DNA of 64,000 bases. It comes from Obrimoposthia wandeli (taxonomy: Eukaryota). Positions 30,524-42,202 of this stretch are shown one piece after another (within the stretch, counting starts at the first letter, position 1; each line of letters begins with the position of its first letter). The notes beneath the pieces are model-generated. The model was not told where the DNA came from. It saw only the letters and a program-made list of their open reading frames with translations, and made no database searches. The position numbers and the translations under genes were made by a program. Location: contig CDROCS010000253.1 of the NCBI GenBank assembly GCA_977020255.1, positions 744,001-808,000 of the forward strand, read 5' to 3'.

Positions 30524-33500
30524 CTAGTCTTTGTCCAACTCGATGTTAATGCCTAACGAGCGGATTTCTTTCAACAATACGTTGAATGACTCAGGAATAC
30601 CTGGTTCCATGCGATGATCACCATCAACTAAGTTTTTATACATCTTAGTACGACCGTTAACATCATCAGACTTAACTGTAAGCATTTCTTGCAAGGTATA
30701 AGCAGCACCATATGCTTCAAGTGCCCATACTTCCATCTCACCGAAACGCTGACCACCGAACTGAGCTTTACCACCAAGTGGTTGCTGAGTTACCAGTGAG
30801 TAAGAACCAGTTGAACGAGCATGCATTTTGTCATCAACTAAATGGTTTAGTTTTAACATGTACATATAACCAACAGTAACAGGACGTTCAAACTCACGAC
30901 CGGTACGGCCATCAGTTAATACGAACTGACCACTTTGTGGCATATCTGCAAGCACGAATAACTCTTTGATTTCTTTTTCAGCTGCGCCATCAAATGCTGG
31001 TGTAGCAATTGGTAAACCAGCACGTAAGTTACCTGCTAAACGTAAAACTTCATCATCAGAGAAACTAGCAACATCAACTACTTGGCGAGATTCACCAACA
31101 TTGTAAACTTCTTGAATGAAGTTACGTAGTTTATGAATTTCTTGTTGTGCTTCTAACATACGGTTGATCTTTTCACCGATACCGCGACACGCCATACCTA
31201 AGTGAGTTTCTAAGATCTGACCAATGTTCATACGTGATGGAACACCTAACGGGTTCAATACGATATCAACTGGCACGCCGTATTGATCGTATGGCATATC
31301 TTCAACAGGTACTACGTTTGAAATAACACCTTTGTTACCATGACGACCAGCCATTTTATCACCAGGCTGGATATGACGTTTAACCGCTAAGTAAACCTTA
31401 ACAATTTTTAATACGCCAGGTTGTAAGTCATCACCTTGAGTGATCTTACGACGCTTAACTTCAAACTTCTTGTCAAAATCTTCTTTGATATTATCAAATT
31501 GATCAGCAATTTGCTCAAGTTCAGCTTGTTGGCCTTCATCAGCTAAGTTTTGTATTAACCACTTGTCACGAGACATAGACGTTAAGTCAGACTCATTTAA
31601 ACCAGCAGATAATAATAACTTCTTAGTACGTGCGTAAATACCATCTTCTAAAATGCTTAATTCATCGCCAAGATCTTTCTTAACTTCTTTAAGTTGCATT
31701 TGTTCAATTTCTACAGCACGAGCATCTTTTTCAACACCGTCGCGAGTAAATATTTGAACATCGATGATAGTACCTTTAACAGAGTTAGGTACACGTAATG
31801 AGCTATCTTTAACGTCAGCAGCTTTCTCACCGAAAATTGCTCGTAGTAGTTTCTCTTCAGGCGTAAGTTGTGTTTCGCCTTTAGGGGTTACTTTACCTAC
31901 TAAGATATCGCCACCATTTACTTCAGCACCAATGTAAACAACACCTGCTTCATCTAATTTAGATAATGCTGATTCACCTACGTTTGGAATATCTGCCGTA
32001 ATTTCTTCACTACCCAATTTAGTGTCACGTGCAATACACGTTAGCTCTTGGATATGAATAGTAGTAAATCTATCTTCAATAGCAACACGTTCAGATAACA
32101 ACATTGAATCTTCGAAGTTGTAACCATTCCACGGCATAAATGCGATACGCATGTTTTGACCTAAAGCCAATTCACCCATATCTGTTGAAGGACCATCCGC
32201 TAATACATCACCACGTACAACTGGTTCACCCATACGACACACTGGACGTTGGTTGATACAAGTATTTTGGTTAGAACGCGTGTATTTAGTTAAGTTATAA
32301 ATATCAATACCGGCTTCACCAGCATGCATTTCATTTTCATTAACTTTTACAACAATGCGTGATGCATCAACATAGCTTACTACGCCGCCACGTTTGGCAA
32401 CGGCAGTAACACCTGAATCAACAGCTACTACTTTTTCCATACCCGTACCAACAAGAGGTTTATCAACTCTTAAGGTAGGTACAGCTTGACGTTGCATGTT
32501 AGAACCCATCAAGGCTCTGTTAGCATCATCGTGTTCAAGGAATGGAATAAGTGACGCCGCAACAGAAATAATTTGTTGTGGAGAAACATCCATATACTGA
32601 ACTTCAGCAGAAGCTTTTAAAGTAAATTCATTTCTATGACGACAGTTAACTAAGTCTTGTACTAACTTATTGTTATCATCACTTTCAGCATTGGCCTGAG
32701 CGATAACAAAGTTACCCTCTTCAATTGCTGATAAATAATCAATTTCATCAGTCACTAAACCGTCAATTACTTTGCGGTATGGTGTTTCTAAGAAACCGTA
32801 ATCATTGGTACGTGCATAACAAGAAAGCGAGTTGATCAAACCAATGTTTGGACCCTCTGGCGTTTCGATTGGACAAACACGACCGTAATGCGTTGGATGT
32901 ACATCTCGTACTTCAAAACCAGCACGTTCACGGGTTAAACCACCCGGCCCTAAGGCAGAAATACGACGCTTATGCGTTACTTCTGATAACGGATTGTTTT
33001 GATCCATAAACTGTGACAATTGTGATGAGCCAAAGAACTCTTTCACTGCCGCAGAAATTGGCTTAGCGTTGATTAAATCTTGTGGCATGATTGCATCTAA
33101 GTCACCAAGACTTAAGCGCTCACGTACTGCACGTTCAACACGAACAAGACCAACACGGAATTGGTTTTCAGCCATTTCGCCAACAGAGCGAATACGACGG
33201 TTACCTAAGTGATCGATATCATCAACTTCACCTTTACCGTCACGAATGCCGATTAGGGTCTTCATTACTGAAATAATGTCTTCTTTAGACAAAATACCAG
33301 TACCAACATCGTCTGCATTGCCAACACGACGGTTGAACTTCATACGACCTACCGTTGATAAGTCATAACGTTCAGGTGCGAAGAATAAGTTAGAGAACAA
33401 CCCTTCAGCAGCGTCTTTCGTTGGTGGCTCGCCTGGACGCATCATGCGGTATACTTCAACTAAAGCTTCTAGCTTGTTAGTTGAGCTATCAACACGAAGT

Positions 33501-34552
33501 GTATCTGACATGTATGAACCAACATCAAATTCGTTCATGTATAAAGTAGATAGTACTTTATGGCCCGCTTGGCTAAGCTCGGCTAATAATTCTAAAGTGA
33601 TTATTGCATTTGCTTCAGCAATGACTTCACCAGTAGATTTGTCGATATAGGCTTTTGATAAAACACGACCAACAATATAATCTGCTGGTACTTCTAGTTT
33701 TTCCAATTTAGCTTTTGATAAAGCGCGAATATGACGTGCGGTAATGCGACGACCAGACTCAACTAATACTTCACCCTTTTTGATAGAAATATCAAAAATA
33801 GCTGTTTCACCACGAAGACGTTCAGGGATAAGATCCATGATCAACTTATCACCTTTAATGGTGTAATCAGTTGTGTCATAGAACATCGCTAAAATTTCTT
33901 CAGTAGAATATTCTAATGCACGTAAGATAATTGACGCTGGTAATTTACGACGTCTATCTATACGTACAAATAAGTTATCTTTTGGATCGAATTCAAAGTC
34001 TAACCATGAACCACGGTAAGGAATAACGCGTGCGTTATATAATACTTTACCTGAGGAGTGAGTTTTACCTTTATCGTGATCAAAGAATACACCAGGAGAA
34101 CGGTGTAATTGTGAAACGATAACACGCTCAGTACCATTGATTACGAAAGTGCCGTTATCTGTCATCAACGGGATTTCGCCCATGTACACTTCTTGCTCTT
34201 TGATATCTTTAACAGTACCTGCTGCGGCTTCTTTATCGTATACCACTAAACGTAATTTTACGCGTAATGGTGCAGAATAAGTCACACCACGAATTTGACA
34301 TTCTTTAACGTCAAATAATGGTTCACCTAAACGATAGCTAACATATTGTAATTCTGAGCTACCTGAATAAGCTTTAATCGGGAAAATAGAACGAAAAGCA
34401 GCCTCTAGACCGGTTTCACCTGTTGCGTCAATATCAATAAACTTGCGGAAAGAATCGAGTTGAATGGACAACAAGAATGGATATTCCATTACTTGTGCAC
34501 TTTTACCAAAGTCCTTTCTAATTCGCTTTTTCTCAAAGTATGAGTAAGCCAT
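30524..34552 (-). CDS. rpoB: RNA polymerase beta subunit
   Basis: MAYSY start; [12 protein letters not shown]; RFGEME; 1342 aa. Confidence 0.99.
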   Translation of the reverse strand: MAYSYFEKKRIRKDFGKSAQVMEYPFLLSIQLDSFRKFIDIDATGETGLEAAFRSIFPIKAYSGSSELQYVSYRLGEPLFDVKECQIRGVTYSAPLRVKLRLVVYDKEAAAGTVKDIKEQEVYMGEIPLMTDNGTFVINGTERVIVSQLHRSPGVFFDHDKGKTHSSGKVLYNARVIPYRGSWLDFEFDPKDNLFVRIDRRRKLPASIILRALEYSTEEILAMFYDTTDYTIKGDKLIMDLIPERLRGETAIFDISIKKGEVLVESGRRITARHIRALSKAKLEKLEVPADYIVGRVLSKAYIDKSTGEVIAEANAIITLELLAELSQAGHKVLSTLYMNEFDVGSYMSDTLRVDSSTNKLEALVEVYRMMRPGEPPTKDAAEGLFSNLFFAPERYDLSTVGRMKFNRRVGNADDVGTGILSKEDIISVMKTLIGIRDGKGEVDDIDHLGNRRIRSVGEMAENQFRVGLVRVERAVRERLSLGDLDAIMPQDLINAKPISAAVKEFFGSSQLSQFMDQNNPLSEVTHKRRISALGPGGLTRERAGFEVRDVHPTHYGRVCPIETPEGPNIGLINSLSCYARTNDYGFLETPYRKVIDGLVTDEIDYLSAIEEGNFVIAQANAESDDNNKLVQDLVNCRHRNEFTLKASAEVQYMDVSPQQIISVAASLIPFLEHDDANRALMGSNMQRQAVPTLRVDKPLVGTGMEKVVAVDSGVTAVAKRGGVVSYVDASRIVVKVNENEMHAGEAGIDIYNLTKYTRSNQNTCINQRPVCRMGEPVVRGDVLADGPSTDMGELALGQNMRIAFMPWNGYNFEDSMLLSERVAIEDRFTTIHIQELTCIARDTKLGSEEITADIPNVGESALSKLDEAGVVYIGAEVNGGDILVGKVTPKGETQLTPEEKLLRAIFGEKAADVKDSSLRVPNSVKGTIIDVQIFTRDGVEKDARAVEIEQMQLKEVKKDLGDELSILEDGIYARTKKLLLSAGLNESDLTSMSRDKWLIQNLADEGQQAELEQIADQFDNIKEDFDKKFEVKRRKITQGDDLQPGVLKIVKVYLAVKRHIQPGDKMAGRHGNKGVISNVVPVEDMPYDQYGVPVDIVLNPLGVPSRMNIGQILETHLGMACRGIGEKINRMLEAQQEIHKLRNFIQEVYNVGESRQVVDVASFSDDEVLRLAGNLRAGLPIATPAFDGAAEKEIKELFVLADMPQSGQFVLTDGRTGREFERPVTVGYMYMLKLNHLVDDKMHARSTGSYSLVTQQPLGGKAQFGGQRFGEMEVWALEAYGAAYTLQEMLTVKSDDVNGRTKMYKNLVDGDHRMEPGIPESFNVLLKEIRSLGINIELDKD

Positions 34553-34741
34553 GGGGTTCCTCAGCTTGCTGGTTATGGCCAAATCTGCCTACTGAGCAAA
34601 GCTCAGTTAGACAGGTTATGCTGTAATATTTACGTCTAAATACTACTAGATAATTCTCTAATAAGTAGAAGAATCACCTAAACGCTTAGTACTACTTTGT
34701 TACACAATAAAAATTAATTTATTCTCTAACAACAAAAGCGC

Positions 34742-34772
34742 AAAAAGGCCGGTGACGTTTAAATCACCAGCC
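34742..34772 (-). terminator. rplL-rpoB attenuator hairpin
   Basis: GGCTGGTGA-N-TCACCGGCC-TTTTT as in the E. coli rplL-rpoB spacer. Confidence 0.8.
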
Positions 34773-34808
34773 ATGCCTTTTCAGGCAAATAATCTGTTTA
34801 AAAACAGA

Positions 34809-35168
34809 TTATTTGATCTCAACAGAAGCACCAGCTTCTTCAAGAAGTTTCTTAAGTTCTTCAGCTTCAGCTTTTTCTACGCCTTCTTTAACCATGCCAA
34901 GAGCTTCAACTAAGTCTTTAGCTTCTTTAAGGCCTAAACCTGTAGCGCCACGAACTGCTTTGATTACTGCAACTTTCTTCTCACCGAAGCTAGTCATAAC
35001 AACGTTAAATTCAGTTTGTTCTTCAGCAGCTTCAGCAGGTCCAGCAGCTGCAACAGCAGCAGAAGCAGAAACACCAAATTTTTCTTCCATTGCTTCGATT
35101 AAAGCAACAACGTCCATTACTGACATTTCAGCAACTGCGTTTAAGATATCGTCTTTAGAAATAGACAT
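34809..35168 (-). CDS. rplL: 50S ribosomal protein L7/L12
   Basis: MEEKFGVSA and GLGLKEAK. Confidence 0.99.
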   Translation of the reverse strand: MSISKDDILNAVAEMSVMDVVALIEAMEEKFGVSASAAVAAAGPAEAAEEQTEFNVVMTSFGEKKVAVIKAVRGATGLGLKEAKDLVEALGMVKEGVEKAEAEELKKLLEEAGASVEIK

Positions 35169-35290
35169 ACTATAATTTCCTAATTTTTAATAAACAGGTC
35201 TTTTTACTTTCTTATGTAAGTAATAAAAAACACTGTTTGAAATAACTCTAAATACAAAAAGCTTGGTTATAAGCAAAAAGCTTATATAAC

Positions 35291-35785
35291 CTATGCAGCT
35301 TCCTGTTCTTTCTGATCGCGTACTGCAGCAAACGTGCGGGCTAATTTGCCTGCAGATGCTTCTTTCATAACGCTCATCAAACGTGAAATCGCTTCGTCGT
35401 AAGTAGGTAGCTTAGCTAACATATTTACGTCTACTGCGTTGCCTTCAAATGCAGCTGCTTTTAGTTCAAAGTTTTCGTTAGCTTTAGCGAAATCTGTGAA
35501 TAAACGTGCAGCAGCACCTGGGTGATCACTTGAAAAAGCAATTAATGAAGGTCCTTTGAATACGTCAGCGACACATTCAAATTCAGTACCTTCTACTGCA
35601 CGACGTGCTAATGTGTTACGGACAACTTTCATCCATACACCACTTTCACGTGCTTGCTTACGCAATACAGTAATTGCTTCAACTGCAACACCACGGGCAT
35701 CCGCGATTACAACTGAGTGAGCGCCATTAGCAGCTTCTTGAACTTCAGCAACAATTGCTTTTTTGTCATCAAGATTGATAGCCAT
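35291..35785 (-). CDS. rplJ: 50S ribosomal protein L10
   Basis: [11 protein letters not shown] and KLARTFAA. Confidence 0.99.
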   Translation of the reverse strand: MAINLDDKKAIVAEVQEAANGAHSVVIADARGVAVEAITVLRKQARESGVWMKVVRNTLARRAVEGTEFECVADVFKGPSLIAFSSDHPGAAARLFTDFAKANENFELKAAAFEGNAVDVNMLAKLPTYDEAISRLMSVMKEASAGKLARTFAAVRDQKEQEAA

Positions 35786-35862
35786 TGGCTTTAACTCCTG
35801 GTTCAGACCGGTAAAAAGTACCGGTATTTACAATCCTTAGCTACTAATTACTTACTAGCTAA

Positions 35863-35978
35863 GCCATAACGGCGAGGACCAGAAAAATCTAGGAAATATC
35901 TGGGTAATCACCATCTACGTAGGATAAATTAAGTCATTAAATCAGAAGAAATAACGACACCTACGGTCTTGGACGGGG
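35863..35978 (-). promoter_or_regulatory. L10 leader (rplJ autoregulatory RNA)
   Basis: CCAAGACCGTAGGTG...TTAA...CCTACGTAGATGGTG conserved blocks. Confidence 0.8.
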
Positions 35979-36152
35979 GTTGTGTATTTATCAGACATTA
36001 TTCGATTTTACTCGAATAAATAGCTCTAAAAACAGCACAACTCCTACCAAAATTTAAGGGGCGAAATTATAGATTATAATTTTGCCCTTGTAAAGATTCA
36101 ATACACAAAACTTTACTCAATAATATTTACACGTAATAAATTACAGGTAAGA

Positions 36153-36851
36153 TTAAGCTTGAGTTAGTGTTGCTTGGTTGACGACAACGCCGGCACCCAT
36201 AGTTGTAGAAAGAGAAACTTTCTTCAAGTATTGACCTTTAGCATTTGCTGGTTTTGCTTTTTTAAGCGCTTCTAGCAAAGACTCTAAGTTTTCTTGCAAT
36301 TGTGCAGGTTCGAAATCAGCCTTACCGATAGTAGTATGGATGATACCGTTCTTGTCGTTGCGGTAACGGATCTGACCAGACTTAGCGTTTTTAACAGCGC
36401 CAGCTACGTCAGGAGTTACTGTACCAACTTTAGGGTTAGGCATTAAACCACGAGGGCCTAAGATTTGACCTAGTTGACCAACAACACGCATTGCATCTGG
36501 AGAAGCAATAACAACGTCGAAGTTCATTTCGCCAGCTTTTACAAGCGCAGCTAAATCTTCCATACCAACGATGTCAGCACCAGCTGCTTTAGCTTTCTCT
36601 GCGTTCTCGCCTTGTGTGAATACAGCAACACGTACATCACGACCAGTACCGTTTGGTAATACCGTAGCACCACGAACGTTTTGATCAGATTTACGAGCGT
36701 CAATACCAAGATTTACAGCAACATCAACGCTTTCACGGAAGTTAGCTGTAGCAAATTCTTTTAATAAAGAAACTGCTTCATTGATATCATATTCTTTTGT
36801 TACGTCTACTTTTTCACGGATAAGACGAGCGCGTTTTGATAATTTAGCCAT
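36153..36851 (-). CDS. rplA: 50S ribosomal protein L1
   Basis: [11 protein letters not shown] and STTMG. Confidence 0.99.
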   Translation of the reverse strand: MAKLSKRARLIREKVDVTKEYDINEAVSLLKEFATANFRESVDVAVNLGIDARKSDQNVRGATVLPNGTGRDVRVAVFTQGENAEKAKAAGADIVGMEDLAALVKAGEMNFDVVIASPDAMRVVGQLGQILGPRGLMPNPKVGTVTPDVAGAVKNAKSGQIRYRNDKNGIIHTTIGKADFEPAQLQENLESLLEALKKAKPANAKGQYLKKVSLSTTMGAGVVVNQATLTQA

Positions 36852-36854
36852 TGA

Positions 36855-37283
36855 TTAATCCTCTACCACTAAACCCATTGAACGAGCAGAGCCCGCAATG
36901 GTACGCACTGCAGCTTCAAGAGAACCAGCAGTTAAATCAGATTCTTTTGTCTTAACAATTTCTTCAAGTTGAGCTGTAGTAACAGTGCCAACTTTATCAG
37001 TGTTAGGACGACCAGAGCCGCTTTTTATGCCAGCTGCTTTTTTCAATAAGAAAGAAGCAGGTGGAGTTTTTGTTTCGAAAGTAAACGAACGGTCACTATA
37101 TACAGTAATTACTACTGGAACCGGAGCGCCTTTTTCTAAAGAATCTGTTTTTGCGTTAAACGCTTTACAGAATTCCATGATGTTAACACCATGTTGACCT
37201 AATGCAGGACCAACTGGTGGTGACGGGTTAGCCGCACCAGCAGCTACTTGTAGCTTGATTAGAGCTTGGACTTTCTTAGCCAT
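36855..37283 (-). CDS. rplK: 50S ribosomal protein L11
   Basis: [13 protein letters not shown] and KTPPAS. Confidence 0.99.
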   Translation of the reverse strand: MAKKVQALIKLQVAAGAANPSPPVGPALGQHGVNIMEFCKAFNAKTDSLEKGAPVPVVITVYSDRSFTFETKTPPASFLLKKAAGIKSGSGRPNTDKVGTVTTAQLEEIVKTKESDLTAGSLEAAVRTIAGSARSMGLVVED

Positions 37284-37373
37284 TTTAAAATACCTTGTGT
37301 TTGGGTAATTAACGCAATTAACTTAATACTAAAGTGGACTTCACCAACTTAACATTACGTTTTCGCTTCCCTG
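37284..37373 (-). promoter_or_regulatory. L1-binding leader of rplKA
   Basis: GGGAAGC...GCGTTAATTACCCAAA just before the ATG, matching the L1 target layout. Confidence 0.6.
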
Positions 37374-37455
37374 TTTACAAAATTTTCTTTAAAAACAGTT
37401 GTTTTCACAACATAATAAAGGTCATTTCGTGCGCGCTAAAAATAAGCGGCAGCGG

Positions 37456-37485
37456 ATTATATATTAACCAGCTATTTCATTACAA
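37456..37485 (-). promoter_or_regulatory. Sigma70 promoter of rplK
   Basis: TTGTAA-18-TATAAT followed by GC-rich CCGCTGCCGC. Confidence 0.7.
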
Positions 37486-37515
37486 GATTTTTATTCTATT
37501 GAGGGGGTTTAAAGT

Positions 37516-38736
37516 CACGGCAAGATCATTATAAATTGAATTAATGTTGTAGCTGTGATCAAATCAATGCCTAACAAAGCATTGGTTTCCCAGTATGAGT
37601 ACTACTTTTTTAAAACATTTTGAATCAATAACTGATCCACGTATTGAGCGTTGTAAAAAACATAACTTACTCGATATCCTTTTACTGGCTATCAGTGCCG
37701 TATTATCTGGCGCACAAGGCTGGGAAGATATTGAGGACTTTGGTCACTTGAAGCTTGATTGGCTGAGAAAATATCGCGATTTTGAGGCGGGTATTCCCAA
37801 GCACGATACTATTGCCAGAGTTATCTGTCGCTTAAAGGCAGACGAGATAGAACATGCCTTTCAGTCATGGATATCTTCTCTTGTCAAAGTCACAGGATGC
37901 GATGTCATTGCGATTGATGGCAAAACAGCTAGACGCTCTTTTACGACGAAAGATAGAAAGAATGCACTTCATACAGTAAGTGCTTGGAGCTGCCAACATC
38001 AATTAGTTTTAGGGCAAACGGCTGTCAGTGAAAAAAGTAATGAAATAACCGCTATTCCTGAGTTATTGAGCATGCTAGATATTGAAAATAGTATCATTAC
38101 CCTTGATGCTATGGGATGTCAAAAAGCAATCGCTGAGCAAATCATTAAACAGAAAGCGGATTATGTACTTGCACTTAAAGGTAATCATTCTGGCATGCAG
38201 GCAGAGTTAGAAGCTTGGTGGCATAAAAGCCAGCGAGAAGGTGTATCAGAAAGTACATTTGAAAAACATACCGAAATTAGCACAGGTCATGGTCGTATAG
38301 AAACGAGAACGTGTCATCAATTATTGGTTGATAAAGGCTGGTTAGCTAAAGCTTATCAATGGACCGGATTAAGAAGTGTTATTAAAATTAATGCACAAAT
38401 CCACGATAAATCAACAGGTAAAGATACAGAGGAAACCCGTTGGTTTATCAGCTCTTTAGGCTTAAATGCAGAGCAAGCATTAAACGCTGTACGCAATCAT
38501 TGGCAAGTTGAGAGTATGCATTGGGTCCTTGATATGACCTTTAGGGAAGATGAATCTCGTATAAGGAAAAAGCAAGGACCATTGGTTTTTAATGTGATGA
38601 GAAAAATAGCGATGGCGCTATTTAAACGAGATGAAACAAAGTCAGCAAGTATGGCGAGGAAAAAGAAGATGGCAGGGTTAGACGATGAATATCGCTCAAC
38701 CCTGTTAGAATCAGGGATTAAAATGCGCTAGCCGTG
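37516..38736 (+). mobile_element. ISAs1-family insertion sequence, 1221 bp, with 10-bp target site duplication
   Basis: Ends CACGGCAAGATCATT and (reverse complement) CACGGCTAGCGCATT; flanking direct repeat GGTTTAAAGT at 37506-37515 and 38737-38746. Confidence 0.93.
37595..38731 (+). CDS. ISAs1-family DDE transposase
   Basis: DPR..., PKHDTIARV, IAIDGKT, KSNEITAIP, TLDAMGCQ, KGNH, HWQVE and FREDESR motifs. Confidence 0.95.
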   Translation: MSTTFLKHFESITDPRIERCKKHNLLDILLLAISAVLSGAQGWEDIEDFGHLKLDWLRKYRDFEAGIPKHDTIARVICRLKADEIEHAFQSWISSLVKVTGCDVIAIDGKTARRSFTTKDRKNALHTVSAWSCQHQLVLGQTAVSEKSNEITAIPELLSMLDIENSIITLDAMGCQKAIAEQIIKQKADYVLALKGNHSGMQAELEAWWHKSQREGVSESTFEKHTEISTGHGRIETRTCHQLLVDKGWLAKAYQWTGLRSVIKINAQIHDKSTGKDTEETRWFISSLGLNAEQALNAVRNHWQVESMHWVLDMTFREDESRIRKKQGPLVFNVMRKIAMALFKRDETKSASMARKKKMAGLDDEYRSTLLESGIKMR

Positions 38737-38814
38737 GGTTTAAAGTAGAGACACGGTAATATTTGATGCTATCTATGAGTAAAATTCGCTGTCAGCACTT
38801 TTGAAATTAACCCG

Positions 38815-39807
38815 TCACTTTACCCAATGGATAGTTTTCTTCAAGTCATTAGGGATTACTAACTTATGCTTGGCTAATTCTGCTTTGCTGAAGATAAAGC
38901 GACCTTTCTTCGCCACTTGCGGCCGTATATTTATAATATTTTGACCAGTGATTATTTGATTAAGTATTTGTGCTGCTGCATAACCTTGTTGATAACCTTC
39001 TATCACTAAGCCACCAATAGCCTTATTTTCACCAATAGAGAAATCCCAAAAACCAAATACTGGCACTAAACTGTGTGAACTTGTCCATTCAATAATTTGA
39101 CTTGCACTGACGTGGTTACCTTGCTCGTCAATTATCGTTTGATACAAGCCAACAATAATAAAGTCAACACCATGATTTTTAGCGGTCATAACTTTCTGTT
39201 GCCATAGTGAATATTGACTAATCTGCTCAACTTCTACCGATATTCTCCCCAGCCTCAGTACATTGCTAGCTTTAAACTCCATACTTATCGCAGTACTTGA
39301 AGATAGACTAGAGTCAAACAACACCAGTACTTTATCTACATGTTCAAATAATTGATTAAGATATATGATTGAACGCTTGAGTAGTGGTCTTTCCAATACC
39401 CCAGTAATATTACTTGCTTGATATAAATCATAATTTCGAGGGTTATTGTTAATACCTAAATACACAACAGGTGTATTGGTATTCTTTAATCGAGGACCTA
39501 AATATTTCAATGCATTATCATCACCTAACACAACAATATCAGGCTTAATCGCTAAATACTTCTGCCATGCAAGCTCTGCTATTTTTGCATGTTTATTTTT
39601 TGGTAGACGCTTTGTGTCCATCTGGAAGTAACTGAAGTTATGTGTACCTGATATATTCTCCGTCATACCCTCCTTATATTTAATATCCCACTGAAAATCT
39701 TTGTGGTAGCTTTCAATGATCAATATATTTTTCGCATCAACTATAATAGATTTCGCCGAGGTAAATAAAAAAAAAATAGACAATAACGCCCATTTGATTT
39801 TATACAT
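38815..39807 (-). CDS. Stand-alone ABC-type substrate-binding/sensor domain protein
   Basis: Signal peptide; ESYH, DDNAL, NITGVLER and G..QG..AA pattern; no permease or ATPase nearby. Confidence 0.75.
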   Translation of the reverse strand: MYKIKWALLSIFFLFTSAKSIIVDAKNILIIESYHKDFQWDIKYKEGMTENISGTHNFSYFQMDTKRLPKNKHAKIAELAWQKYLAIKPDIVVLGDDNALKYLGPRLKNTNTPVVYLGINNNPRNYDLYQASNITGVLERPLLKRSIIYLNQLFEHVDKVLVLFDSSLSSSTAISMEFKASNVLRLGRISVEVEQISQYSLWQQKVMTAKNHGVDFIIVGLYQTIIDEQGNHVSASQIIEWTSSHSLVPVFGFWDFSIGENKAIGGLVIEGYQQGYAAAQILNQIITGQNIINIRPQVAKKGRFIFSKAELAKHKLVIPNDLKKTIHWVK

Positions 39808-39910
39808 AGTCCACCCCTGTCAGTTACATTTCTATACATAATAGTAGCAGTATTTCTCTTGAATTTAGCTGAAAAAGCCATATTTTATATTTTGGTTTTT
39901 ATCAATATTA

Positions 39911-40738
39911 GTGATCACATTGTCCTCTATCAAGAAGCAGAACTCTCAATTACAAAAATTCGTTGAGAGTAAACAGTTCCAAAATTTACTTATTTTTCTT
40001 ATTCTCTTTAATGCCATTACCCTTGGTCTTGAAACAAGCCTGTTTGGTAAAGCCAATGCCGATATCCTACACACTATAGACACGAGTATCTTAGTGCTGT
40101 TCACGATAGAACTTTTATTAAAACTAATCGTCTATAGAAGTCAGTTTTTTCGTTCCGGCTGGAATTGGTTCGATTTTATAATCGTTGCTATTTCTTGGGC
40201 GCCAACAAGCGGCGCATTGTCGGTACTACGTGCCTTTAGAATATTACGGGTATTACGATTACTTTCTGTCGTACCGCAAATGCGCCGTGTAATTGGCGCC
40301 TTGGGTCACTCGTTACCAGGGATGGCTTCAGTAGTTGGCGTATTAAGTATTATATTTTATGTCTCTGCAGTGCTAACAACGAAAATATTTGGCAGCCATA
40401 GTGATGCCAATATGCAGGAATGGTTTGGTAGCATAGGGGCTTCTGCTTACACCTTATTTCAGGTAATGACATTAGAGAGTTGGTCTATGGGTATAGTTCG
40501 TCCAACCATGGAGTTATTCCCGCTATCTTGGGTGTTCTTTGTACCTTTTATTATTATTACCAGTTTCGCTGTACTTAATTTATTCATTGGTATTATTGTT
40601 GATGCCATGCAAGTCATGCATGAAGAGGAAGGTAAACCTAAGCAAATCATAGCGACGAAAGAAGATATGTTAATTCTTGAAGAAAAAATAGATAAGTTGA
40701 ATCAGTTACTACAAAGCAAACCTAATAATACTTATTAA
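39911..40738 (+). CDS. Bacterial voltage-gated sodium channel (BacNav)
   Basis: S4 LRAFRILRVLRLL; filter FQVMTLESWSMG; S6 LNLFIGIIVDAM; C-terminal coiled coil. Confidence 0.92.
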   Translation: MITLSSIKKQNSQLQKFVESKQFQNLLIFLILFNAITLGLETSLFGKANADILHTIDTSILVLFTIELLLKLIVYRSQFFRSGWNWFDFIIVAISWAPTSGALSVLRAFRILRVLRLLSVVPQMRRVIGALGHSLPGMASVVGVLSIIFYVSAVLTTKIFGSHSDANMQEWFGSIGASAYTLFQVMTLESWSMGIVRPTMELFPLSWVFFVPFIIITSFAVLNLFIGIIVDAMQVMHEEEGKPKQIIATKEDMLILEEKIDKLNQLLQSKPNNTY

Positions 40739-40905
40739 ACGTTGAACTGAGTAAATATCGAACGGATTAAATGCTTCTTTATTTACAAAAATAGCTTCCC
40801 ATAGATAGCCAGGAGACCCCGCCATTTTTGGTATTAAAGTATTACCAAATGAGCACTAATAAGTTATGGTTAATTTTATAAAAAGATAATCTTACGGTAA
40901 AGAAA

Positions 40906-41119
40906 ATGACAGCTACACTTATTTTTTCTCATTTCAGTAAACTCGCATTACTTGCTATGGTGCTTGTAGTAGCAAACCACAGCCAAGCAACCTCAGCAAA
41001 GCCAATATTTATATTAACCAGCTTGCTTTCGATGTTCAAGCGCCCAAGCAAGCCGTCATTGCTTTGCCTACATTCAAGCCGATTTACGTGAAGGCGGCGT
41101 ATGGCCATTACCGATTTAA
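40906..41119 (+). pseudogene. Frameshifted, deleted remnant of a lipoprotein with a GH9-like N-terminus
   Basis: MTATL...LALLA then, after a 1-nt shift, GACSSKPQP...IYINQLAFDVQAPKQAVIALP. Confidence 0.4.
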
Positions 41120-41123
41120 TCAC

Positions 41124-41156
41124 AAAAAAAAACGCTTGCACAAGGCAAGCGTTTTT
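41124..41156. terminator. Bidirectional terminator after nusG
   Basis: AAAAACGCTTGC-ACAAG-GCAAGCGTTTTT. Confidence 0.85.
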
Positions 41157-41181
41157 ATATCAAATGAGCAATGGTGGCTAA

Positions 41182-41784
41182 TTAGCTACCCTTTTCAACT
41201 TGACCAAATTCTAAATCAACTGGCGTTGAACGACCGAAGATAAGTACTGATACCTTGATACGGTTTTTCTCGTAATCAAGTTCTTCAACCACACCATTAA
41301 AGTCAGCGAATGGGCCGTCAATAACACGAATAACTTCGCCTGGCTCAAACAATGTCTTAGGTTTAGGTTTATCTGTTTCTTCAAGGCGTTGTAAAATACG
41401 GTCCGCTTCTTTTTGGGTAATTGGTGCTGGACGATCACTCGTGCCACCAATAAAGCCAAGTACACGCGGTACACTTTTCACTAAATGCCACGCATCAACA
41501 TCCATTTCCATTTGCACTAAAACGTACCCAGGAAAGAACTTACGTGAACTTTTACGCTTTTGACCAGCGCGCATTTCTACTACTTCTTCAGTAGGAACTA
41601 AAATATCACCAAACTTTTCTTGTAATCCGTGGATTTCAATATGTTCAAGTAATGTTTTTTGAACGCGACCTTCATAACCTGAAAATGCTTGCACTACATA
41701 CCAACGCAATTTTGGGTTAAGATTTACTTTCTTTTCTTCGCCTTCCGGAGAAACATTTTCTTCTGATATATTTTCTTCAGACAT
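41182..41784 (-). CDS. nusG: Transcription termination/antitermination factor
   Basis: [18 protein letters not shown] and KOW GPFADF; start at MSEEN. Confidence 0.98.
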   Translation of the reverse strand: MSEENISEENVSPEGEEKKVNLNPKLRWYVVQAFSGYEGRVQKTLLEHIEIHGLQEKFGDILVPTEEVVEMRAGQKRKSSRKFFPGYVLVQMEMDVDAWHLVKSVPRVLGFIGGTSDRPAPITQKEADRILQRLEETDKPKPKTLFEPGEVIRVIDGPFADFNGVVEELDYEKNRIKVSVLIFGRSTPVDLEFGQVEKGS

Positions 41785-41786
41785 AA

Positions 41787-42167
41787 CTAAACCTGCATAC
41801 CTGTAACTAAACCAACTAACCAGAATAGAACAGAGTCTAATCCCCAAAGTAGTAATGACATCAACAAAGTCACTACTAATACAATACCTGTCGTTTGTAC
41901 GGCTTCTTGGCGTGTTGGCCAAACAACTTTACGTACTTCAGTACGCGCTTCTTTTGCAAATATAGCGGCATTACGACCTTTTTCGGTTTGTAATGCAATT
42001 AAACCAGCAACACCGACCATTACTACAACAGCAACGGCTCTAATTAATACTGACTCTTCACCGTAAACGTAATTACCCGCAACAGCACCAGCTAAAAGTA
42101 AGAATATAACTCCCCACTTTACTGCATCGAAAGAACTGCTTGGTTGCTCTTCTGTACTTGCATTCAT
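41787..42167 (-). CDS. secE: Preprotein translocase subunit SecE
   Basis: Three TM segments; [12 protein letters not shown]. Confidence 0.98.
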   Translation of the reverse strand: MNASTEEQPSSSFDAVKWGVIFLLLAGAVAGNYVYGEESVLIRAVAVVVMVGVAGLIALQTEKGRNAAIFAKEARTEVRKVVWPTRQEAVQTTGIVLVVTLLMSLLLWGLDSVLFWLVGLVTGMQV

Positions 42168-42202
42168 AATTCTATTCCGTATTTATCTACTTTCTAATAA
42201 CA

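Noticed and set aside
34532-34540. Phe in Rpo[10 protein letters not shown] where Ser/Thr is usual
   Set aside because: A single-base difference that cannot be told from strain variation or sequencing error here.
40929-41141. 70-aa minus-strand ORF downstream of nusG
   Set aside because: Starts inside the nusG terminator; the plus-strand remnant explains the region better.
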